A stretch of DNA of 64,000 nucleotides from Candidatus Gottesmanbacteria bacterium (GCA_023245335.1 JAHFKK010000001.1:299282-363281); one strand, 5' to 3'. Shown: positions 47,341-56,630, counted from the stretch's first letter. Notes: generated by a model from the letters alone, not told the origin. Numbers and translations are program-made.

Positions 47341-47618
47341 AGTCGTATTTTACTACGCAACCAGTTCCCTAAGCCACGTTTAGCTTTTGGCGCCTCAAGA
47401 CTTTTGAGTTCTGACAGAGAAACTGTTCTTATAGGAACCGCTTGGGAATATATTTTTTTCCGTTTGGAAATTCCGTCGAGCGAGGTGCGTATCGAATGAT
47501 TTTGGATAAGAACGCTTGCACGATCTCCCTCTTTACTGATGAGCGTGACATCATACGCTTCGTCTTCGATTTTTAGACGATAGGCGTGTCCGATTATATG
47601 TTCTTTTTTTCCAAACAT
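47337..47618 (-). CDS. Small hypothetical protein (93 aa), translationally coupled to metG
   Basis: ATGA overlap with metG. GGGGTGA-like SD. Confidence 0.45.
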   Translation of the reverse strand: MFGKKEHIIGHAYRLKIEDEAYDVTLISKEGDRASVLIQNHSIRTSLDGISKRKKIYSQAVPIRTVSLSELKSLEAPKAKRGLGNWLRSKIRL

Positions 47619-47626
47619 ACTTCACC

Positions 47627-47658
47627 CCAATAAAAAACCTCCCGGTTCGGGAGGTTGT
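47627..47658 (-). terminator. Strong intrinsic terminator or attenuator hairpin on the minus strand (AACCUCCCG-AAC-CGGGAGGUU + UUUUUUAUU)
   Basis: 9-bp GC-rich stem and a U-tract, upstream of the small ORF and metG. Coordinates approximate. Confidence 0.6.
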
Positions 47659-47698
47659 CTGTGATTCCTGGTTAGGAAACTACGAAACACCCTCCCGT

Positions 47699-47746
47699 CA
47701 CGGGGGTTGCATCATAGACACCAACTGTCGCAAAAGATGGTTCATA
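47699..47746 (-). other. Candidate 15-codon leader-peptide ORF (MNHLLRQLVSMMQPP*) with tandem Met codons and AGGAGGA SD, upstream of the terminator
   Basis: Hand translation. See the finding on the metG attenuator. Coordinates +/-1. Confidence 0.45.
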
Positions 47747-47830
47747 GTATCAGGTATCCTCCTACGCCAAGGCTTCGGCGGATTGATGGTTGGTAAATTC
47801 ACTCGTCAGACTCGTTCGTTAACCAACCAT

Positions 47831-47862
47831 CAAAAAACCTCCTTGCGGAGGTTCATTTTTTG
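47831..47862. terminator. Bidirectional intrinsic terminator (AAAAAACCUCC-UUGC-GGAGGUU-CAUUUUUU)
   Basis: Hairpin flanked by A-run and T-run. It would terminate the minus-strand gene 47970-48287. Confidence 0.55.
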
Positions 47863-47969
47863 GCACATACAAACCTCCGTTAGTCGGCTGTCATGGCCAT
47901 CATCATGGAGATTGTAATCGTCATTAATGTGAAGAATATCACCAATTTATCGGGCGTGCAAGCGAGAGG

Positions 47970-48287
47970 TCATTTCCGTTTCCAGAGGATTTCTATAGCG
48001 ACAATACAGGCAATAAGAAGCGCCGGATAGACCGGACTCCGGAGACCAAAAAATCTCAAGACCAGAAACAGTGCCAGTCCGAAGCCTAGGAGGATGGATT
48101 GCTGTATTCGCCGGAGTACATACTGGATAAGGAGTCCCGTGGACGCGGTAAAGGCGATGATAAAGAGTGCGATCCGCCATAGAGCATCCGGTGGAAATAT
48201 GTTGACGAACGCGGCGAGTAATATGTATCCCGAGACGCCGGATATGAGGAGGTAGGGATTCCGCTGGGACCGTGGTAGTCGCTCCAT
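47970..48287 (-). CDS. Small membrane protein (105 aa, three TM helices)
   Basis: ORF-track call. TACAAT lies 6 nt before the ATG on the minus strand. Confidence 0.45.
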   Translation of the reverse strand: MERLPRSQRNPYLLISGVSGYILLAAFVNIFPPDALWRIALFIIAFTASTGLLIQYVLRRIQQSILLGFGLALFLVLRFFGLRSPVYPALLIACIVAIEILWKRK

Positions 48288-48294
48288 AAGTTTA

Positions 48295-48324
48295 TTGTAG
48301 GGCGGTAGACTCCCATGCTACAAT
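48295..48324 (+). promoter_or_regulatory. Promoter TTGTAG-N18-TACAAT, 8 nt before the ATG at 48333
   Basis: Sequence reading only. Implies a leaderless rmuC mRNA. Confidence 0.4.
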
Positions 48325-48332
48325 GGGCGGAC

Positions 48333-49367
48333 ATGCGACCCGACTTTCTCATCCTCATTCTTGTCGTCATCGCCGGGTTCGGAGTGCTTGCGTATCTCGT
48401 GAAAAAGGAACTCGGGAAACTCGCCGAGAAAAAAGAAGACACGACGCTTACCGAATGGCTGAAGACCATGCAGGTCTCGATCGAAAACACCAATAAGGTT
48501 TTAAATGAAGCGATGCGGGGACAGACAAGCGACGTCGCGAAACTTCTTCAATCCAACACAAAACAATTAAACGACCGTCTCGATACGGCGGCGCGAGTTA
48601 TCGGAGACCTCAAACAAAATTTAGGCGAAATGTCCGAAGTGGGGAAGGGAATACGGAGTTTGCAGGAATTCCTCCAGTCACCGAAGCTCCGCGGCAACAT
48701 CGGTGAACAGGTTATGCAGGACATGATCGGTCAGACGTTCCCAAAGAATTCGTTTCATCTCCAGTATCAATTCCGAAGCGGCGTGAAAGTGGATGCGGTC
48801 CTCAAAACTGATGCGGGTTTACTCTGTGTCGACTCTAAGTTTCCGATGGAGAATTTCACCAAGATGCACAAAGGGGAGACGGAAGTATTGAGAAATGCGG
48901 CAAAACGGGATTTCATGGCGGACGTCAAAAAGCATGTGAACGACATAAATAAAAAATACATTTTGCCGGAAGAGGGTACGATGGATTTTGCCCTTATGTA
49001 CATACCGTCCGAAGCCGTATATTACGAGATTGCCAACATGGAGGAACTCATGGAGTACGCACGGAAGCAGCGCGTGTATCCGGTATCTCCGAATACGCTC
49101 TATGCGCATCTCCAAGTACTCCTGCTCTCATTTCAGGGGAAGGAACTGGAACAAAAGTCACGGCAGGTTTTTCAACTTCTGCGGGCGATCCAGAAGGACT
49201 ACACGAAAGTGGAAGAAAATTTGGGTATCCTTTCAAAGCATGTGGGTAATGCGTATAACATGATGAGTAATGTTTCCGGATCGTTCTCCCTTCTCGGGCA
49301 GAAACTCTCACGGACCCAAAACCTTGAAGCAGAAGAAGAGCCTCCGTCTTTACCTCTCGCTGAATGA
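48333..49367 (+). CDS. rmuC: DNA recombination protein RmuC
   Basis: N-terminal TM, coiled-coil, then KLRGNIGE..LCVDSKFP RmuC core. Start moved to 48333 (MRPDF) because the -10 overlaps the 48315 ATG. Confidence 0.75.
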   Translation: MRPDFLILILVVIAGFGVLAYLVKKELGKLAEKKEDTTLTEWLKTMQVSIENTNKVLNEAMRGQTSDVAKLLQSNTKQLNDRLDTAARVIGDLKQNLGEMSEVGKGIRSLQEFLQSPKLRGNIGEQVMQDMIGQTFPKNSFHLQYQFRSGVKVDAVLKTDAGLLCVDSKFPMENFTKMHKGETEVLRNAAKRDFMADVKKHVNDINKKYILPEEGTMDFALMYIPSEAVYYEIANMEELMEYARKQRVYPVSPNTLYAHLQVLLLSFQGKELEQKSRQVFQLLRAIQKDYTKVEENLGILSKHVGNAYNMMSNVSGSFSLLGQKLSRTQNLEAEEEPPSLPLAE

Positions 49368-49955
49368 TTACTTCCCGATACCGCGTACGAACATGAGGAT
49401 GACGGGATAGTAGACGTAGATAAAATATCCGTTAACGGCGATAAGCCCCGGAAAAATGAAAAATTGTTCCAACGGCCCGCCTGTCCGTATCCGTAGAAAT
49501 TTAAACGGGGGGAAACCGAAGCGGATCGGGATGGGGAAAAACCACGGGATGCCTTCTTTGGTGATGAAGTCCATGACAAGATGTGATGCGTACCCGATCA
49601 TAAGAGCCCACCAGACGACCGTCATGTCGACCAGAAGCACGTGGTGCATCGCGTCCAGAAGAAGATGGACCAGGTATCCTGCTATCGCCATACCCACGAA
49701 CGAATGCGAAATCATGCGGTGATGACCTATAAGAGGGTGCAGTACTTTGCCGAAGAAAGATCCTGCAGGTATCTTTTGCCAGAAGTCGCTCGTCGCATCA
49801 TCAATGTCCGGCATGAGACCGCCGATCATATTGGCGGCAAATGCCGTAACTGCGGTGCCTAAGCTCATGTGCGGCACGTGTTGGGTCGCGATGAAGTACG
49901 TGAGTGTCGTAAACGCAGCGAGATCGTGGGTCCGTCCGGTCATAGAAAAAATCAT
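49368..49955 (-). CDS. Membrane-bound metal-dependent hydrolase, YdjM/DUF457-like
   Basis: His-rich TM protein (HHRMISHSF, HLLLDAMHH, HLVMDF). Confidence 0.6.
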   Translation of the reverse strand: MIFSMTGRTHDLAAFTTLTYFIATQHVPHMSLGTAVTAFAANMIGGLMPDIDDATSDFWQKIPAGSFFGKVLHPLIGHHRMISHSFVGMAIAGYLVHLLLDAMHHVLLVDMTVVWWALMIGYASHLVMDFITKEGIPWFFPIPIRFGFPPFKFLRIRTGGPLEQFFIFPGLIAVNGYFIYVYYPVILMFVRGIGK

Positions 49956-50003
49956 AGCATATCGGCCTTAACTCTGGGCTGCGGTGTATAATATGGAGGA
50001 GCT

Positions 50004-51176
50004 ATGAAGTTTATCTTATTTCATGGAGCCTTTGGTAGTCCCGGCAGTAATTGGTTGCCGGAACTCAAGGATAAGCTTGAATTATCCGGACAGGAAGCAT
50101 TAGCTCCCGCGTTTCCGGTGGATACATGGGACCGTGTGACGGAATTGGGGAAAAACGTCCCGTCTAAACGGCAAACTTTAGAGAATTGGTTTACTGAATT
50201 CGATGCGGTTTATAAGACGCTTCATAAAGGAGAAAAACTTTGTTTTGTCGGTCACTCGTTGGGCCCGCTCTTTATTCTCCACGTAGTTGAGAAATATAAC
50301 ATACAGCTGGATAGCGCTATTTTTGTCTGTCCGTTTTTCACGACGCTTCATAAGTCATGGCAAATAGACCATGTGAATAAAAGCTTTTACAAAACGGACT
50401 TTGATTTAAAAAAATTACGGAAATTAATCCCTGTTTCTTACGTACTCTATTCCGGTGATGATCCGTATGTCGATTCAAAATATTCTTTAGAGTTCGGAGA
50501 GAATTTGGGTAGTTCTGTTATATCCATGAAGCGTGCGGGTCATATGAACGACGAGGTACACCTCAATGACTTTCCTCTGGTTGTCGATCTTTGTTATACC
50601 CGCCTTGACCTTTCTTTGTATCAAAAATTTTTGGAACATTATAAGAAGCAGTCTGCTCAGGGATATATAACGGAAACAAAGAACAGCGGCATACTGAAAA
50701 TTAAACCTGAAGAAGTCATTGATGAAGGGATATTTCATTTCCGTCATTTAAGTTCGGATGGGTTCTGCACACTATTCACGCGAATCCAAAAATTTTGGGA
50801 TCCGGAATCTACCTATATGCAGCACGGCCGGGATGCTGCGAAACGGGGAGTATCGTTTACCCGCGTCATCGTTGCCGACGATGGAAGCGATTTGCACTCG
50901 CCGGTTCTCAAGAGGCAAGTGGAGTTGGATATCGCTGCCGGCATCCATATATATAGTGTTCTGTGGGATGACATAAAAGACGTCGTGACGGAGCCTGATT
51001 TCGGTCTCTGGGATAACAGCTATGTTTGTGTGGTTCGGGTAAATTCCGATACGGGAAAAGTGGTTGAGGCGGAACTAAATAGCAGGTTGAGTGACATGGG
51101 CAGATACCAGGATTGGCGGAAATACATATTGTCGAAAGCCAAAAAAATTCGTTCGACAAAAGACCTCATACGGTGA
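50004..51176 (+). CDS. Two-domain protein: N-terminal RBBP9/YdeN-like serine hydrolase plus a roughly 190-aa C-terminal domain of unknown function
   Basis: N-terminal MKFILFHGAFGSPGSNW..FVGHSLG. The C-terminal half is unrecognised. Lower-GC gene. Confidence 0.55.
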   Translation: MKFILFHGAFGSPGSNWLPELKDKLELSGQEALAPAFPVDTWDRVTELGKNVPSKRQTLENWFTEFDAVYKTLHKGEKLCFVGHSLGPLFILHVVEKYNIQLDSAIFVCPFFTTLHKSWQIDHVNKSFYKTDFDLKKLRKLIPVSYVLYSGDDPYVDSKYSLEFGENLGSSVISMKRAGHMNDEVHLNDFPLVVDLCYTRLDLSLYQKFLEHYKKQSAQGYITETKNSGILKIKPEEVIDEGIFHFRHLSSDGFCTLFTRIQKFWDPESTYMQHGRDAAKRGVSFTRVIVADDGSDLHSPVLKRQVELDIAAGIHIYSVLWDDIKDVVTEPDFGLWDNSYVCVVRVNSDTGKVVEAELNSRLSDMGRYQDWRKYILSKAKKIRSTKDLIR

Positions 51177-51209
51177 TCATTTTTACTTTCTTGCTATAAT
51201 GGCTCCACG

Positions 51210-54155
51210 ATGCAGAAGATCCCCGTAATTGACCGTAAATTAAATGATGAACAAAAGGCCGCAGTAGAGTACGGCGACGGACCGCTCCTTATTATCGCCG
51301 GCGCCGGTACCGGCAAGACGACGGTCATCACCGAGCGCATCAAGCACCTCATATCGACGAGCCGCGCGAATCCGTCGGAGATTCTTGCTTTGACCTTTAC
51401 CGAAAAAGCCGCACGCGAGATGGAAGAGCGGGTGGACGTCATCATGCCCTACGGTGTGACGGAAATGTGGATTTCCACGTTTCATAAATTCTGCGACCGC
51501 TTGCTTCGTCAGGAAGCGATCCATATCGGGTTGAATCCCGCATACCGTCTGATGACCGATACCGATGCTACGATGCTTTTCCGGCAGAATCTGTTTCAAT
51601 TTGACCTCAATTATTTCCGGCCTCTGGGCAATCCGACCAAGTTTATAAGCGGCATGCTGCAGCATTTTTCGAGATTGCAGGATGAGGATGTGAGTCCGCA
51701 AGAATATCGTGCGTACGTCAAAAAACTAGAGAGCGGGAAAAAAGAGAAATCCGAAGAAGACGAGTTGGAACTAGAGAAATATGTGGAGCTCGCCCGTGTG
51801 TACGGCGAGTATCAGGCGCTCAAGGAAAAAGAGGGCCGCATGGATTTCGGCGACCTTATCATCCAGACGCTTAAATTATTCCGGACGCGAAAAAATCTGT
51901 TGTCTGTCTACCGGAAACAGTTCAAATACATCCTCGTCGACGAATTCCAGGATACCAATATCGCCCAAAATGAACTCATCGCGCTTCTTTCCGGGGAGAA
52001 ACAAAATATCACGGCGGTATGTGATGACGACCAGAGTATATATAAATTCCGGGGAGCGGCGGTATCAAATGTTCTTGCATTCCGTAAGCACTTCACGAAG
52101 GCAAAACTCATTGTCCTGACCAAAAACTACCGGTCGACGCAGTCGATCCTCGACGCATCGTATCAACTTATCCAGCACAACAATCCAGATAGACTGGAAG
52201 TCAAGGAAAAGATAAGTAAAAAACTTGTGGCCGAGCGGGGGACAAACGGCCGCTGGCCGTCACTTTTGTATCATGACCGGGTCGAAAACGAAGCGGAGGG
52301 TGCCGTCAAAGAAATACAAAAACTCCATGAGGAATCCGGCAGGAAGTATGCATGGAAGGATGTCGCGATCTTAGTCCGGGCCAACAGTCACGCGGATCCT
52401 TTTATCCGTGCGTGTATGAGACTCGGCGTGCCGTTCCAGTTCCTGGGGCCGGGACAGCTTTTCCGCCAGCCGGAGGTCATGGACCTCATCGCGTACTTGC
52501 AGGTCATCCAGCATTTTGACAACAACGTAGCATTTTTTCGGGTGTTGTCCATGAAATATTTTGATATGCCCCCGCGGGATTTTGCGGCTATAGCGAATCT
52601 CGCCCGGAAGCAAAACATGTCCGTATTTGAGGCGAGCGAAGTCATGGCGGGGAAAAGGATTTTGGACGGCATAACCCTGCCGTTTATTTCCGAGGAAACC
52701 AAGGAGAAACTCGGCACCATTATTTCTATGATCCATAGGCACCTGGGGTTGGTGACCAAAGAGACGGCGGGGCAGATCCTTTTCTATTTTTTACAGGATT
52801 CCGGCTTTATCAAAAATATCCTGGAATATTCGACCCGGTCGGATGAGCAAAAAGCAAATAACGTGTCGAAATTTTTCAGCAAACTCAAAACTTATGAGAC
52901 GGATCATGCAGATGCCAGTGTGACCGCGGTTCTCGACTGGATAGAACTTTCGATGGAACTTGGAGAATCACCGCTTGCCGGGGATACCGACTGGGTGCAA
53001 AACGACGCTGTCAATATCCTGACGATTCATAGTGCGAAGGGTCTGGAGTTCCCCGTAGTTTTTTTGGTCAATCTCGTATCTCAGCGGTTTCCGACGACCG
53101 AGCGGCACGAACAGATCCCTATTCCGGAAGCGCTTATCAAGGAAGAATTGCCCGAAGGAGATTATCATCTGGAGGAAGAGCGCAGGCTTTGTTACGTCGG
53201 CATGACGCGTGCCCGGGATCTCTTGTATCTGACCGGAGCAAATTACTACGGCGAAGGCAAACGTGAGAAAAAATTATCGCCGTTTGTCGGAGAAGTGATA
53301 GGGGACGCAGCACGTGTGCCTATCGTGCCGCCCAAGGCGCTGCAGATGTCACTTCTGGACTGGAAAAAAGAGGATGCAACGGACACGACGAAAGTGACGA
53401 AAGCGCCGATTACGTATCTGTCATATTCTCAAATAGAAACGTTCCGGTTGTGCCCTTTGCACTATAAACTGAGGTACCTTTTGAATATTCCGACTCCGCC
53501 GTCCGCATCGCTTTCGTTTGGAACCAGCATTCATGCGGTGCTCAGAGATTTTTATGCCATGCACGAAAACGGAGAGAAGGTGACCAAGTCACTCCTCACA
53601 GATTTATTGGTGACCCACTGGAAACGCGAGGGGTATGAAAATAAACGATATGAGGAAGAAATGAAAAAGCGAGGAGAACGGTATTTGTCCGAATATTTTG
53701 ATAAAGAATTTCACCCTGATACGAAAACCGTTGCACTGGAGCAGTCGTTTACCGTACCAATAGCAACTGATACCGGATCACTTAAAATAGGCGGGAAGAT
53801 TGACCGCGTCGATATCTTGCCGGGAGGCAACATAGAGATCATAGACTATAAGACGGGCCGTATGCCCAGTAAGCGCGAGGTAGACACAAACCTGCAACTT
53901 TCGATGTACGCCATTGCCGCGACCAGCATTCCCGGTACGCCGTTTGGTAAGAACCCTGAAGACATTGTTCTCTCTTTGTATTTTTTTGATTCACAAACCC
54001 GCATATCGACGACCCGCACCGCGGATCAACTGCAAAAGGAGAAGGGAACGATCATTGATATCGCGCACGCGATCGAAACTTCGGACTTCATGTGTTCCGG
54101 CAATCAATTATGTGCTGCATGCGAATATGCGATGTTTTGTAACGTCTCCGGTTAG
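51210..54155 (+). CDS. UvrD/PcrA-family SF1 helicase fused to a C-terminal PD-(D/E)XK nuclease with a Cys4 Fe-S cluster motif (AddA/Cas4-like architecture)
   Basis: N-terminal GAGTGKT Walker A and UvrD motifs. C-terminal nuclease motifs IDYKTG, QL..Y and Cys pattern C..(CX5CX2CX5C). Confidence 0.8.
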   Translation: MQKIPVIDRKLNDEQKAAVEYGDGPLLIIAGAGTGKTTVITERIKHLISTSRANPSEILALTFTEKAAREMEERVDVIMPYGVTEMWISTFHKFCDRLLRQEAIHIGLNPAYRLMTDTDATMLFRQNLFQFDLNYFRPLGNPTKFISGMLQHFSRLQDEDVSPQEYRAYVKKLESGKKEKSEEDELELEKYVELARVYGEYQALKEKEGRMDFGDLIIQTLKLFRTRKNLLSVYRKQFKYILVDEFQDTNIAQNELIALLSGEKQNITAVCDDDQSIYKFRGAAVSNVLAFRKHFTKAKLIVLTKNYRSTQSILDASYQLIQHNNPDRLEVKEKISKKLVAERGTNGRWPSLLYHDRVENEAEGAVKEIQKLHEESGRKYAWKDVAILVRANSHADPFIRACMRLGVPFQFLGPGQLFRQPEVMDLIAYLQVIQHFDNNVAFFRVLSMKYFDMPPRDFAAIANLARKQNMSVFEASEVMAGKRILDGITLPFISEETKEKLGTIISMIHRHLGLVTKETAGQILFYFLQDSGFIKNILEYSTRSDEQKANNVSKFFSKLKTYETDHADASVTAVLDWIELSMELGESPLAGDTDWVQNDAVNILTIHSAKGLEFPVVFLVNLVSQRFPTTERHEQIPIPEALIKEELPEGDYHLEEERRLCYVGMTRARDLLYLTGANYYGEGKREKKLSPFVGEVIGDAARVPIVPPKALQMSLLDWKKEDATDTTKVTKAPITYLSYSQIETFRLCPLHYKLRYLLNIPTPPSASLSFGTSIHAVLRDFYAMHENGEKVTKSLLTDLLVTHWKREGYENKRYEEEMKKRGERYLSEYFDKEFHPDTKTVALEQSFTVPIATDTGSLKIGGKIDRVDILPGGNIEIIDYKTGRMPSKREVDTNLQLSMYAIAATSIPGTPFGKNPEDIVLSLYFFDSQTRISTTRTADQLQKEKGTIIDIAHAIETSDFMCSGNQLCAACEYAMFCNVSG

Positions 54156-54238
54156 CAGCAGTTCGTGTTGTGAGATAGGTCACTAAGTAAAAGCATGAGA
54201 CTTGACAACCTGAAAAACCTTCTGCATAGTAGATAGTA

Positions 54239-55786
54239 ATGGTGCAAAGAAATAATTCACCGATCAAGATTTTCTCTCTCGTTATAGCAGTCGCATTTGC
54301 CGTCATAGCACTTGCCGTAGGATACGTTGCCGTCCAGAAATCCACAGAAGGCCGATCAAAGGCAGGACTCATCCAGAAAGATTACATGCGCTGGGATTTC
54401 ACCAAGGATGCAGAAGGATGGACAGGAGCAAATATCGTCAGTAAGATCATGGCTTGGAGCGGAGGCGGTGTCTTGACCGGCACCATAATGCCGGGAAGTA
54501 CATTTAATAGTCCTGTTGTAAATGTTCCGATGCCGGTAGGCAATAAGTCTATCGTCGTGCGTATGAGCGTGTCTTCCGGTCAGCCGCTACCTATCTGGAT
54601 CGGAGGCACAGATTGTACAGTCGGGCCACTAAATGATGTCAAGTGCGGCGTCGTCCTAAACAAAACAGGGACGGTAACCGTCCAGAACGTAGGCGGAAGT
54701 GCTGTAAGTGGTAGTGCTCCGATCACAACATCGGCCGGTGTAGCACAAAAGCTTGTCACTTTGGATCCTATTGAGCGGCAACCCGCTCCGCCCTCTACAG
54801 TATGCATACCGCAACCCACGTGTCCGTCAGGCCAAATGTGTCCCATGATTGAATCATTTAGAGCGGGCGGTTACTGTCCGCCTGATGTCACACCAAAACC
54901 TTCACCGGTGTGTGTGCCACGGCTTCCGTGTATGGATGCCACAAATGGACCGCGATGTTTGCCCGACATAGCTCCCGGTGCTGCATTTTGTCCGCAACCC
55001 TGCGTCTCCAGGCCTGTTTGTAAGGATCCGAAGGGATGCGCCCAAAAAATGATGGTACCGGTTGGCGGGTGGTGTCCGGACACGACTCCGTATCCGACCA
55101 CAGCGCCAGTTAAACGATCAGTTACGTTTACCGTAACGTATGCATTGTCCAAAGGGCCTAAAGCACTCGATTCTGCTCCGATTTCCGAAACAGGAGAAAT
55201 ACCGAATAGCTTTATCGTACCGGTAGATGGCAGCATGACGGAATACACAGTAAAAATTCCCTTAATAAATTCAGCAGTCGTGCGTAAAGTCGGCATTCAG
55301 GTACAGCAGGGTGCGCTTAAAGGTGATCGGGTACTTATCGATTCCGTGCGCTTAGTAGGAGATGTAACGCCGGTCGTTACATGTGTCCAGCCCCCGACAT
55401 GCAGGCAGACTCTGATGAAAGGCACGGATGGCAGCTTCCGTTGTCCGATGACGGCAGATCTCAAGCCCGGGGTGACGTATTGCCCGTATCCTACGCCGCA
55501 GTGCATCCAGCCACCGACGACGTGCAACGTGAATGTAGTCGCGGGGAAAGACGGCACCTTTTATTGTCCATCCTTGGGATTAATGGATAAAACCGGCATG
55601 AAATACTGTGAGTTTCCCAAGCCGACTCCAACTCCGCCGGCTCCTGCGAACTGCTACTATCAAGCCGTGAAGTGTGTCAAAGCGCCATGTAATGCAGTCT
55701 TGGTGTGCACGAACCCAAAAGTGAATCCGCCGTTGAATCAAAATCGAGACCCCGGTGATAAAGCGATGAATAAGAAAAATAGGTAA
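54239..55786 (+). CDS. Cys/Pro-rich secreted or membrane-anchored hypothetical protein (about 36 Cys)
   Basis: N-terminal TM/signal; repeated C.P..C patterns. Confidence 0.5.
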   Translation: MVQRNNSPIKIFSLVIAVAFAVIALAVGYVAVQKSTEGRSKAGLIQKDYMRWDFTKDAEGWTGANIVSKIMAWSGGGVLTGTIMPGSTFNSPVVNVPMPVGNKSIVVRMSVSSGQPLPIWIGGTDCTVGPLNDVKCGVVLNKTGTVTVQNVGGSAVSGSAPITTSAGVAQKLVTLDPIERQPAPPSTVCIPQPTCPSGQMCPMIESFRAGGYCPPDVTPKPSPVCVPRLPCMDATNGPRCLPDIAPGAAFCPQPCVSRPVCKDPKGCAQKMMVPVGGWCPDTTPYPTTAPVKRSVTFTVTYALSKGPKALDSAPISETGEIPNSFIVPVDGSMTEYTVKIPLINSAVVRKVGIQVQQGALKGDRVLIDSVRLVGDVTPVVTCVQPPTCRQTLMKGTDGSFRCPMTADLKPGVTYCPYPTPQCIQPPTTCNVNVVAGKDGTFYCPSLGLMDKTGMKYCEFPKPTPTPPAPANCYYQAVKCVKAPCNAVLVCTNPKVNPPLNQNRDPGDKAMNKKNR

Positions 55787-55799
55787 CGTAGGAACCCCG

Positions 55800-56630
55800 T
55801 TACGAGGAGAGAGGATAATACAACTCACTTCCGCCGAAACCCTCTTTAAATTTGGTAAATCCTTTCCACTCATGATTCTGGTTTGGCATACGCTCATCCC
55901 AGACGCCGACAAAATCTAGGGCCGTCGTGCCTCGCTTTTTGGCGAGCTTAAGTGCCTCCCAGACGAGATAGGTCGGTGCAAAGAGATGTTTACCCTCCTT
56001 TGTCGCTCCAGCAACCCAGTAGTATGCAATTTTTTGCCAGTATATGAGGAGTATGCCGGCAACCGGAGTGTCCTTTGAGGTGCGCGCAGTAAGTATGTCA
56101 GCGTGATCCGGACGGAACTTTGGCCAGAGTTTATCAAGTCCGTACGTCGTGATGGAGCCCAAAAATCCGGCAGACGTATTTTTGAGACGGATAAATGTCC
56201 GGATGTCGTCGCTGACATCTATACGGACGCCATTTTTTTGCGCCCGCCGTACGGCGCGGCGCTTTGCCTCGCTCAATCCACGAAATATGGCGTCTTCAGG
56301 ACGCGTCACATCGACACGGATAGTTTTGGTCGGTAAGAACGGATCATGGTTGACGTGTATCGCACGCGGCAGACGCCTCACCCATCGTTTGAGATCACCG
56401 GAGCTCACCCGGCTGTCCGGTTCTATCGCGAGCCGTGTTGCCTTTTCATGAGACAGTAAAGGGAGAAATGTTTTGAGGTCCGGAAGCCTGGTCACCCGCT
56501 GGACCTTGATAAGCGCTCCCATAAATGGGAATCGACGGATGTAATAATATTGCCGGTTGTGCGCGACGACTTTCCATCCCAAAGATGCGATAAACGCGGC
56601 ATAAGGTTTGGATTGTTGGATTTCCATCAT
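55800..56630 (-). CDS. FemAB-family peptidoglycan interpeptide-bridge peptidyltransferase
   Basis: C-terminal GFTKFKEGFGG, the FemABX signature. Confidence 0.7.
   Translation of the reverse strand: MMEIQQSKPYAAFIASLGWKVVAHNRQYYYIRRFPFMGALIKVQRVTRLPDLKTFLPLLSHEKATRLAIEPDSRVSSGDLKRWVRRLPRAIHVNHDPFLPTKTIRVDVTRPEDAIFRGLSEAKRRAVRRAQKNGVRIDVSDDIRTFIRLKNTSAGFLGSITTYGLDKLWPKFRPDHADILTARTSKDTPVAGILLIYWQKIAYYWVAGATKEGKHLFAPTYLVWEALKLAKKRGTTALDFVGVWDERMPNQNHEWKGFTKFKEGFGGSELYYPLSS

Noticed and set aside
47619-47870. T-box riboswitch upstream of metG
   Set aside because: Looked for the T-box consensus (AGGGUGGNACCGCG), a specifier loop with AUG, and an AG-box. Only a partial AGGGUG is present. The leader-peptide attenuator model fits the sequence better.
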